From positions 1,888,001 through 1,952,000 of the forward strand of contig OZ219753.1 of assembly GCA_964291315.2 (NCBI GenBank): a DNA stretch of 64,000 bases. Reading direction: 5' to 3'. Of the stretch, positions 31,946 through 40,555 are shown one piece after another. Source of the stretch: Candidatus Poribacteria bacterium. GTDB lineage: Bacteria > Poribacteria > WGA-4E > WGA-3G. Positions within the stretch are counted from its first letter, which is position 1. Every line of letters begins with the position of its first letter. Made by a program: the position numbers and the translations under genes. The notes under the pieces were generated by a model. That model did not search any database, was not told where the DNA came from, and was given only the letters and a program-made list of their open reading frames with translations.

Positions 31946-33433
31946 ATGCCACAACAGCCGAATATCCTCTTTCTTATGACCGACCAGCAACGTTTTGACA
32001 CAATCCGTGCCCTGGGCAACCCGCTTATCCAGACACCCGCCCTCGACCGTCTAGTCCGCGACGGAACAAGTTTTACCTCTGCCTACTGTCCATCTCCCGT
32101 GTGTGTCGCATCGCGCTGCAGCTTCCTGCTCGGACAATGGCCACATCAAACCGGATGTACAACCAATTCACCCATGCCTCAGGATCGAACCTCGCTGATG
32201 GAATTGCTCAACGAATCAGGCTATCAGACCCACGGTATTGGTAAAATGCATTTCACGCCACAAGGGCGCAAATTGTGGGGATTCGAAACACGCGACTATT
32301 CCGAAGAAGGATCCGGACCAGATGACTTTACACAATTCCTACATGAAAACGGCTATGACCATGTCGTCGCACCACACGGAGAACGCAGCGAATACTACTA
32401 TATCCCGCAACCTTCGCAACTCCCAGCCCGACTACACCAGACACAGTGGGTAGGCGATAAAACAATCCAATTCCTCTCGCGACGCGATACAAACCGCCCC
32501 TTCTTCTGCTGGTCCAGCTTTATCAAACCGCATCCACCCTTTGAATCACCAGTGCCGTGGAACCGACTCTACCGCACCGTCGAAATGCCGCTCCCATTCC
32601 TGCCACCCGACTATCAGCATCTGCATACTTACTGGAACCGACATCAAAACCGATATAAGTATCGGGACCAAGGACGAGATATGAATCTCCTGCGCACTAT
32701 GCGGGCAGCATACTACGCCGCCATCTCTTTTATTGACTATCAGGTCGGACGAATTCTTGAATATCTCGAATCCACGAAAATCTTAAATAACACGCTGATC
32801 GTCTACACATCAGACCACGGCGAATTGCTCGGCGACTACAACTGCTACGGGAAACGCGCCTTCCTTGACGCAGCCGCCCGAATCCCGCTACTCGTCCGAT
32901 ATCCAGAACGTTTCCAACCACACACACAGTGCGACACACCGACCAGTCTCGTAGATGTACTGCCTACCTGCCTCGCTGCAGCCGGACTACCCCCGCAAAC
33001 AGAGCAGAGCGGCACAGACCTCGCAGATATCGCCAACGGAAAAGCACAACGCGAAGCTATCATCGGACAACTAGCACAAGAAGCCACCGGACTCTATATG
33101 TTCCTGACAAGCCAATATAAATATATCTATTCCGCTGCAGACCGTCAAGAGTGGCTCTTTAAACGTTCCCCAGGCAGACTCGATGAACGAAACCTCGCCG
33201 GAAATCCAGGATACAGTAGAATTCTCACAGATTACCGAAAACGCCTGATAGAACAATTCCGCAACGAACGTTACGAACGCCCGCTCAACGGCAATACTTG
33301 GCGAGACTTCCCACCACCTGCCGAACCTGAAAACCCCGATGCTGACCAACTGTTTCAAGACGGACGTTCCGTGAGCGATCAGTTCCCTCAAGGCTATTCC
33401 CCCAACATTGACACACTTAGACCGCAGTCTTAA
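31946..33433 (+). CDS. sulfatase (formylglycine-dependent)
   Basis: PNILFLMTDQQR, CVASR (CxAxR), GKMH, KPHPP, SDHGELLG. Confidence 0.93.
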   Translation: MPQQPNILFLMTDQQRFDTIRALGNPLIQTPALDRLVRDGTSFTSAYCPSPVCVASRCSFLLGQWPHQTGCTTNSPMPQDRTSLMELLNESGYQTHGIGKMHFTPQGRKLWGFETRDYSEEGSGPDDFTQFLHENGYDHVVAPHGERSEYYYIPQPSQLPARLHQTQWVGDKTIQFLSRRDTNRPFFCWSSFIKPHPPFESPVPWNRLYRTVEMPLPFLPPDYQHLHTYWNRHQNRYKYRDQGRDMNLLRTMRAAYYAAISFIDYQVGRILEYLESTKILNNTLIVYTSDHGELLGDYNCYGKRAFLDAAARIPLLVRYPERFQPHTQCDTPTSLVDVLPTCLAAAGLPPQTEQSGTDLADIANGKAQREAIIGQLAQEATGLYMFLTSQYKYIYSAADRQEWLFKRSPGRLDERNLAGNPGYSRILTDYRKRLIEQFRNERYERPLNGNTWRDFPPPAEPENPDADQLFQDGRSVSDQFPQGYSPNIDTLRPQS

Positions 33434-33441
33434 GGTGAATC

Positions 33442-34782
33442 ATGCCAATCCGTGACTCTCTCAAGACATTGCTCTCAAAGACAGCATGGCACGCCTACAA
33501 TACCTACCGCCAAGGCGTAAGGTACAACCACCAACTTTCACAAACAGCAACGTTGTTGAATGGGGCACGCGAAACAATCATGACGTTTCAGGCAGAACGC
33601 CTCAAAAAACTCCTTCGACACGCATACCGGACAACCCCATATTACCGAGACCTGCTTAAAACAGAAACACCAGACATAGCCCAGATCCCACCCCTCGAGA
33701 AACAGCACATCCGCGCGCATCTAGACCGCCTCTGTTCGGAAACCTTCACTGCGAATCAACGAATTAAAAACGCCACCGGCGGCTCAACAGGAACACCCCT
33801 TACCTTCTATCAAGATAGATACTACTGGAATCAACGAAACTTAAGTGTCTACTACTTCGACCAATGGGCAGGCTGGAACTTCGGTGAACCGCAACTAGTC
33901 ATCTGGGGAGCCCCCACAGACCTAAAAAACGACGGACACTGGAAACATCAACTGAGCAAATTCTGGCGAAACCAATATTGGCTCAACGGCTTTCACCTCA
34001 CAGACGAGGCAATGCAAACAACGTTTGACAATATGCACCAATACCGACCACAAACAATCCTCAGCTATCCCTCTTCGCTCTATCAATTCGCTAAATTTCT
34101 CTCCGATAACCACTTGAAGCCGAAGTGGAAATTGAAAGGGATTATCGCTTCAGCCGAGATGCTCCATTCGCATTACCGCGAATTAGCGGAAACTGTTTTT
34201 GAAACGAAGGTCTTCAACCGATACGGCGGAAGAGAAGTCGGATTAATCGCCATGGAATGTACTGCAGGCAGGATGCACCTCAACTGCCGGGACCTCTACG
34301 TTGAAACAGACAGCCACACGCCATATAACGCACCAGGTGATGTGCTGATAACACAGCTCAACAACTACGTGATGCCTTTTATCCGCTACCGAATTGGAGA
34401 TATTGGCGTTCTCTCTGACGAAAGGTGTCCATGTGGCAACGAATCGCCTGTTCTAGCCGACCTACTCGGGCGCTCCACGGCAACATTCCAAACAAAAACC
34501 GGCACGCTGATACACGGCGGTTATTTCACCAAACAGTTCTACCACATCACAGGAGTGAATCAGTTCCAGCTCATTCAAGAAACCCTTCATCGATGCCTCT
34601 TGAAACTGGTTATTAACGAAGCGTGGACACAGGAAACCCGCCGCTATCTCGTCGAGAGTATCCAAAACGTGCTGGGGCCGGATGTTGCTGTCAGTATAAC
34701 GTTTGTGGATGAGATCCCACTTTCCGATTCAGGCAAACGAGAATTCACGATTTCAAAAGTCTATACGGATACGAATCGCTAA
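33442..34782 (+). CDS. phenylacetate-CoA ligase / CapK-like adenylate-forming protein
   Basis: TGGSTGTP, RYGGREVG, MPFIRYRIGD, SGK motifs. Confidence 0.85.
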   Translation: MPIRDSLKTLLSKTAWHAYNTYRQGVRYNHQLSQTATLLNGARETIMTFQAERLKKLLRHAYRTTPYYRDLLKTETPDIAQIPPLEKQHIRAHLDRLCSETFTANQRIKNATGGSTGTPLTFYQDRYYWNQRNLSVYYFDQWAGWNFGEPQLVIWGAPTDLKNDGHWKHQLSKFWRNQYWLNGFHLTDEAMQTTFDNMHQYRPQTILSYPSSLYQFAKFLSDNHLKPKWKLKGIIASAEMLHSHYRELAETVFETKVFNRYGGREVGLIAMECTAGRMHLNCRDLYVETDSHTPYNAPGDVLITQLNNYVMPFIRYRIGDIGVLSDERCPCGNESPVLADLLGRSTATFQTKTGTLIHGGYFTKQFYHITGVNQFQLIQETLHRCLLKLVINEAWTQETRRYLVESIQNVLGPDVAVSITFVDEIPLSDSGKREFTISKVYTDTNR

Positions 34783-37202
34783 ACATCCATCCTGCTACAG
34801 AGCTCCCGAAGCGTCGCGACACGCGCCGTGCCACCCGGCAGATACGCCAAAATCAAGCCATCAATCGGTAGACTACGGTCGGCGACAACCCCCGTGCTCC
34901 GCTCCGCTGTCACACCTTTGGAAAGAAGTAGATAGAAGGTATCCTTCTTCCAACCCGGAGTCGTAAAAAAATTTCCCTGCCCCTTTGAAATAACCACATC
35001 CGCCTCTACCACGGCATTGAAAAACTCAGCCGTTCCATGATACAGATTCGTCCCAATTGTCTTTGCCCCTGACGATAGCAACCGCACCTCTCCATGCTGA
35101 ATAGCCGTCTGAAGCTCCCGAAATTGCGGGTAACCCGCTATTTCATGCAAATCCGCAACCGTTGCATCGTTGCTAGCGTTCTCCGCTTTTCCAACAACCG
35201 TGATACGATGTCCACATGCCAAGAGGTCCTGAATGAACGCAATATCAAAGATCACTTCACCATCGTTATCGACAAGCCAGAGAATCGACTGCGCGGATCC
35301 GTCGATAACCCTCTCCCGGAACACTTCATAACAGTCTATAGCAAAAGGGGCATCCACCGCCGCCCGCAGCACCTCCGAAAAGTAGTCCGGATCCGCCTTT
35401 AACCGCTTCATAACCCGTTCACTGTTGTAATCAACGATATTTCCAGTGATAACCAGTTTGAGACGTTGCACCCAGTCGTCGCCCCAAAACTCCGGGAGCA
35501 GTTCCAGGGCAGTCTGCCTCGCCCTACGTTTATCGTGGTGGTAAGGGTTCGGATTGCCGCTATGAAGCGTTACCATCTCGAAAACGCTTCCCCAAATCTC
35601 TTCAGACGTGAGAGATTCAATCAGATACCCACCGTCGCAGCGGCGCATATCCAATAACGTTCGAACCGCCTCACACATAACCTCCTGGAGCTCCGGTGCG
35701 CGGGCTGCTCGCGGAATCAGCTCTGTAGCACTGTGCGACAGCACATGCTCACGAAGCTTCTCCCAATCCGGGAGTCCCCTCTTTTCACCAAACGTGAAGA
35801 TCCCCGGGATATACCCAGGTGACACAACCTCATCAAAAAGCAGCTTCGGTACCGAGGGCGGGGCTTCCGCCCGCGGTACACCCAGCGTTTTGTCCATCAA
35901 CGTCATACCCGCAGGAATTACAGTGCCGCGCGCCACAACCGACGATAGCTGAACGCTGCCCCCAACGTTTACCGCATCAAATCTAGAATCTTTAATCCAA
36001 CTCGCAGTCGCAAGACCCCGCACCGGGTCCGTGAGCACCTCAGGCAACCGGCTTGCCTCAAAGAGGGTATCGTTTGCAGAAACGTCCTTCAATCCAACCG
36101 ATGTACCTACCCGAGTCGCACCAAGCAGCGTCACATCTTCAAGTCTGCAATAGTCGCCAATCCGCACGTTCTCACCCAGATGCACCCGACCGATGAAATA
36201 GCACGCTGTCCCAATTTCAACGGACTCGCTCCCCAACATTATCTGTGCATCCGGATGAACGCGCATCCCCTTCCGAGCCAGAAACTCCCGCGTTCGTTCA
36301 AAGACAGCTTGCTCCCCCGCTAAAACGTTCGACCAGCGGTTCACGCCCGACAACACTTCGTCACGATAGATAAAAGCGTGCGTTTTCAACCCATCCTCAT
36401 AGCAGTGCCGAATGAGATCCACATGATGACGTTCGTTATTCCGATTCGCATGCGGTTGTAACCGATCTATTCTCTCTAACAAGACATCTTTGCGAATGAG
36501 CGTAATGCCGGTATTGGTATACGCTTCATCGTCGCACCACAGAGTCCACATGTCCTGTTTTTCTCCCACCGTCATATCGTACCACTCTTTAGTCCCGGTG
36601 AGGTTTCCATCCATGTCAAAGAACAGAGCGCCTTTGTCCACAACAGTTTCAGGGACTTTCCCGCATAAAGTGACATCTGCTCTGGAGATAAAGTGGGCGA
36701 GGAGGGTTTGTGCGAAAATCTCTCTCTCTAAAAACGGTTCATCCCCGAACGAGACACCAATCCATTCAGCGTCCGATTCACGGAGGAGCGGAAGCGCTGC
36801 CCGTAACGCCCCACCCGTCCCGTCCATCTTTTCTTGGACACAGAAAACCGCGTTCGAACCTAACAACCGCTCTGCAGATTCGCGACCCTCAATTCTAGCT
36901 GCCATCTCTGGATTGATAACTATAATATCCGGGCGAGTCCCCGGCAGATACCGGCGAGAACGTTGAAGCATATTCTGCTCCCCAAATGTGATGTCCAACG
37001 TCTTACTCAAACGTCCAGTGGGATCGATACGGGTGCCCTTACCCGCCGCCAGCACCACCCACTGAGGCGTAAGCTGATTCTTAAACGCATCTGTCGGAAG
37101 TGAGGAAAGGAAAGTTTCAAGTGTCTCTATATCTGCCTCGATCGCCTCAAGTGTGTCTTCTAATTTGCAACCGAGCAGGTTCTCAAGAAAGTCTGTTTTC
37201 AT
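34779..37202 (-). CDS. fusion: GlmU-like nucleotidyltransferase + DUF89/ARMT1-like phosphatase
   Basis: VLAAGKGTRI, GTGGAL, GVN, short hexapeptide segment; C-terminal GNIVDY, DNDGEVIFD, NDAT, SKGQGNF. Confidence 0.8.
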   Translation of the reverse strand: MKTDFLENLLGCKLEDTLEAIEADIETLETFLSSLPTDAFKNQLTPQWVVLAAGKGTRIDPTGRLSKTLDITFGEQNMLQRSRRYLPGTRPDIIVINPEMAARIEGRESAERLLGSNAVFCVQEKMDGTGGALRAALPLLRESDAEWIGVSFGDEPFLEREIFAQTLLAHFISRADVTLCGKVPETVVDKGALFFDMDGNLTGTKEWYDMTVGEKQDMWTLWCDDEAYTNTGITLIRKDVLLERIDRLQPHANRNNERHHVDLIRHCYEDGLKTHAFIYRDEVLSGVNRWSNVLAGEQAVFERTREFLARKGMRVHPDAQIMLGSESVEIGTACYFIGRVHLGENVRIGDYCRLEDVTLLGATRVGTSVGLKDVSANDTLFEASRLPEVLTDPVRGLATASWIKDSRFDAVNVGGSVQLSSVVARGTVIPAGMTLMDKTLGVPRAEAPPSVPKLLFDEVVSPGYIPGIFTFGEKRGLPDWEKLREHVLSHSATELIPRAARAPELQEVMCEAVRTLLDMRRCDGGYLIESLTSEEIWGSVFEMVTLHSGNPNPYHHDKRRARQTALELLPEFWGDDWVQRLKLVITGNIVDYNSERVMKRLKADPDYFSEVLRAAVDAPFAIDCYEVFRERVIDGSAQSILWLVDNDGEVIFDIAFIQDLLACGHRITVVGKAENASNDATVADLHEIAGYPQFRELQTAIQHGEVRLLSSGAKTIGTNLYHGTAEFFNAVVEADVVISKGQGNFFTTPGWKKDTFYLLLSKGVTAERSTGVVADRSLPIDGLILAYLPGGTARVATLRELCSRMDV

Positions 37203-38669
37203 TCAAGTATTGTTCTCTAATTCTGTCTGGATATTCTGAAATTGAGCCAACGTTGCCTCTAAATTCTCAGTAATCTCTGCTATTAAGACCTCCGGAGCCG
37301 GAAGGTCTACCGCATCTTCAGCCGCATCCTCATTTAACCAGAAAATATCAAGGTTGACATGCTCCCGCTCAATAAGCTCCTGATAACCAAACGCACGAAA
37401 TCGCTCTGTCTCCATACGCGCGCCGCGGTCCTCCGGTCTATAGACAGAGATAAAATCTTGCAAATCCGTCTCTTGCAGCGGATTCGTCTTGAGCGTAAAA
37501 CGTTTATTTGTGCGTAAATCGTAGATCCAAAGCTTCTCTGTCCACGGTTCTTCGCGCGCCGGCCTCTTATCGAAAAAGAGAACGTTGGCTTTGACACCTT
37601 GCGCATAGAAAATGCCGGTCGGCAGACGTAAAAGCGTATGCACATCAAATTGATTGAGCAGCTGATGCCGAATCGTCTCTCCCGCACCCCGCTCAAACAG
37701 CACATTATCCGGCAGCACCACAGCGGCGCGCCCATCTGTTTTCAGGAGAGTCTTGATATGCTGCAGGAAGTTGAACTGCTTATTTGACGTCGTCGCCCAA
37801 AAATCATCACGTTCATAAGTCGACGATGTAACCCGCCGCTTACGCCCCTCAGCACTGATCGAAATGCTGCTCCTATTCCCAAACGGCGGATTGGTCAGCA
37901 CAATGTCATAGCGAGCCCCTGTGTCGCGACTCAGGCTATCCGCAGTCGTTATGGGACTCTCGCTGCCACCAACACCGTGCAAATATAAATTCATCACACA
38001 CAGGCGAACAACATTATCCACGATGTCTGTGCCAGCGAAGGTGTTAAATCTAAGAAATTCTTTCTGCTCACGCGTCATCCTACTGCCATAATTCTCGGAG
38101 ATATAGTCGCGCGCCGCAAGAAAAAAACCACCCGTGCCACACGCAGGATCACAGATAGTCTGCATCGGCACCGGACGCATCACAGCCACCATCGCTTTGA
38201 TGAGCGGGCGCGGCGTAAAATATTGACCCGCCCCGCTCTTCGTATCTTCAGCATTTTTCTGTAGAAGCCCCTCATAAATCGTGCCTTTAATGTCCGCAGT
38301 CAGCCCGCTCCAATTCTCCGCATTGATAAGACCAATAAGCCGCTGCAGACTCGCAGGAGTCTGAATGCGATTCTGCGATTTCCTGAAGATGACACCCAGT
38401 AACCCCGCCGCATTGCTCAATTCGCTTAGAATTTTAACATACTGCGTCTCTAACGCAGCACCGCTCTCCTTGAGCAGGCTCTCCCAATCCAAACCTGCTG
38501 GAATTGTTGAACGCTTATTGAAAGGCGGTTTGGTCTGTTCATCAGCAAGTTTCAAAAATAGGAGATACGTCAACTGTTCAACGTAATCTCCATAACTCAC
38601 CCCATCATCTCGAAGCACGTTACAGAAATTCCAAAGCTTTTGAACAATCGTAGCCGATTCATTTGCCAT
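37203..38669 (-). CDS. hsdM: type I R-M methyltransferase subunit
   Basis: GQYFTPR, DPACGTGGF, NPPF. Confidence 0.95.
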   Translation of the reverse strand: MANESATIVQKLWNFCNVLRDDGVSYGDYVEQLTYLLFLKLADEQTKPPFNKRSTIPAGLDWESLLKESGAALETQYVKILSELSNAAGLLGVIFRKSQNRIQTPASLQRLIGLINAENWSGLTADIKGTIYEGLLQKNAEDTKSGAGQYFTPRPLIKAMVAVMRPVPMQTICDPACGTGGFFLAARDYISENYGSRMTREQKEFLRFNTFAGTDIVDNVVRLCVMNLYLHGVGGSESPITTADSLSRDTGARYDIVLTNPPFGNRSSISISAEGRKRRVTSSTYERDDFWATTSNKQFNFLQHIKTLLKTDGRAAVVLPDNVLFERGAGETIRHQLLNQFDVHTLLRLPTGIFYAQGVKANVLFFDKRPAREEPWTEKLWIYDLRTNKRFTLKTNPLQETDLQDFISVYRPEDRGARMETERFRAFGYQELIEREHVNLDIFWLNEDAAEDAVDLPAPEVLIAEITENLEATLAQFQNIQTELENNT

Positions 38670-38720
38670 TTTTTGTGATAATTCTCCCTCAGTTGCCGGG
38701 GGCAGTGTGTATAATAATTT

Positions 38721-39044
38721 TCATGATTCAGACGAATCACAATCTGTCAAACCATTTTGATTTTGGTACTCAGCCAGCACAGCGGCTGCAATATAGTCAT
38801 CGTGCCGTTCACCGATATCCGTAACATCAGCTTGCAACGTCCCTGCCAACGCAAGCAACGGATCCGGGTCATCTTCCGACCCCTTAACCACCCGTATCTC
38901 CGGCGGAAATGCGACATCTGACGTAGCCATATCACTCCAGTTAAGCGTCCCCGCAAGTGCAAGGAGCGGATCGGTCTCTACTGTCTGTCCCAGTGCCTCT
39001 TCCCGTTTGACCCTACGCATCTGATCCATTCTATTTTCCCTCAT
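38721..39044 (-). CDS. small hypothetical protein with duplicated DPLLALAGTL motif, antitoxin-like
   Basis: Motif occurs twice; C-terminal DIGERHDDYI. Confidence 0.55.
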   Translation of the reverse strand: MRENRMDQMRRVKREEALGQTVETDPLLALAGTLNWSDMATSDVAFPPEIRVVKGSEDDPDPLLALAGTLQADVTDIGERHDDYIAAAVLAEYQNQNGLTDCDSSES

Positions 39045-39126
39045 CAGTAGTAACTGTCATCATTCAGTGAACGACTTCCCAATCATACAACTTCATTTTA
39101 ACACAGACATTCAATTCAATGCCATG

Positions 39127-40419
39127 TTAATGTTCTGTCTCCATTCGCGCCAGAATCCGCTCTGCCGGCTCATCTGTCGAATCCTGCGCAACGAGTTCAC
39201 CGGAGAACGCGTGCTGCAAAATAGACCGCCGCAAACGTTCAGCACGCGTCAGCTCTGCCGTGATGGTCGCTTCAACCTCATCAGCAGCTGAAAGGCATCG
39301 CTCAACTTCAGAGAGGATGTGCTCTTGCTCTGCCAGTGACGGAAGTGGAATCTCAACTTTCAACGGAAAATTACGAGAGATACCACCAACAGTAGCTCCT
39401 CGAAAATCTGAAAGGATCTCTTGCTGCCCGTTGCTACTAAAAAGATAATAAAACACGAATTTTGGGAAGGCAATCTCTGAGTCTACCCGCACAATAAACA
39501 GATGCTCATTAACCGCAGCCTCTTCATATGGGAAATCGCTATCAACAAAACTGGTTTTCCCAGTTGTTGCTCCATCTTTCACAACGATAATGTCGTTTGG
39601 GTAAATACGTCCTCTGTTCAGTGATTTAAAAAACGCTGCAGGAATATATCTTATTTTTTCAAAGTTAAAACGGCCATCTGCATTTAAGTGTTCGCCGCCA
39701 AGGCTGGGTATTCCTTCAAGAATTCCACGGACTCCGCCTCGTGGGCGTGAGCCACTTTCAAGCGTGATGCATTCACTCAACTTCATGCTTTGCCAAGCCC
39801 CTGTGTGTGCTTCCCGCCATTCCTTCGTCAACGCTCCTTCGAACGCAGCTTTGAGGATCGACCGCCTATACTGCTGCAGCTGCACTTGCACGTTTTTGAG
39901 GCAGGCAACCGCTGCGTCTAAGTGTGTAAAGAGCACCTCTAGCTTGGATACAATGCGACGCTGCTCCGCCAGCGGTGGAAGCGAAAAAGTGAATTTTCCT
40001 AAAGCGTTCCATGAAGTCCTTGGAAGCGTTATACCTGACGATGTCGACACAGCGTAACGCCTGAAAGACCGACTGTGGAGAAAATAGACCAGAAATCTCG
40101 GGATCACTTTTGAATTAGCAGTCAAAACTAGAATATCGGTGGAGCAAACACCTTCTATCTCAGCAATAACCACTTTATCTAGATACGGCCTCAATCTACC
40201 ATACAAAACATCATTAGGATAAAAACGAGCTTTCACACTTCTTACCTCCGAGGCATCGCCCCAACGTTCCAGATAGCTCACCCCTGAATCAATATGCTTA
40301 AGGCCTACAAAGTTTAAGCGCCCGCTCCTCTCCTCAGGTTGCATGTTCTCACGCCTTAAATTAACTATCTCTTTGAGTTGGACGGTTTCCCAATGATCCG
40401 GCGAAATCCGTTTGTTCAT
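39127..40419 (-). CDS. hsdS: type I R-M specificity subunit
   Basis: Two TRDs each followed by conserved LPPLAEQRRIV / LPSLAEQEHI helices. Confidence 0.93.
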   Translation of the reverse strand: MNKRISPDHWETVQLKEIVNLRRENMQPEERSGRLNFVGLKHIDSGVSYLERWGDASEVRSVKARFYPNDVLYGRLRPYLDKVVIAEIEGVCSTDILVLTANSKVIPRFLVYFLHSRSFRRYAVSTSSGITLPRTSWNALGKFTFSLPPLAEQRRIVSKLEVLFTHLDAAVACLKNVQVQLQQYRRSILKAAFEGALTKEWREAHTGAWQSMKLSECITLESGSRPRGGVRGILEGIPSLGGEHLNADGRFNFEKIRYIPAAFFKSLNRGRIYPNDIIVVKDGATTGKTSFVDSDFPYEEAAVNEHLFIVRVDSEIAFPKFVFYYLFSSNGQQEILSDFRGATVGGISRNFPLKVEIPLPSLAEQEHILSEVERCLSAADEVEATITAELTRAERLRRSILQHAFSGELVAQDSTDEPAERILARMETEH

Positions 40420-40555
40420 CGTGTTCCGCTCCCGTTCAACCGTATCTGTATCAACATATTTCTTGATGTCTTTTCCCTCTTTTCCACTATTTGCAATTTC
40501 ATTTGCGATTGTGATAATCTCCTCTATACCTACTTTTCTGCCACACAGAGAGAAA

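Noticed and set aside
40420-40555. Open frame upstream of hsdS
   Set aside because: No convincing start codon; probably a remnant, too short to call
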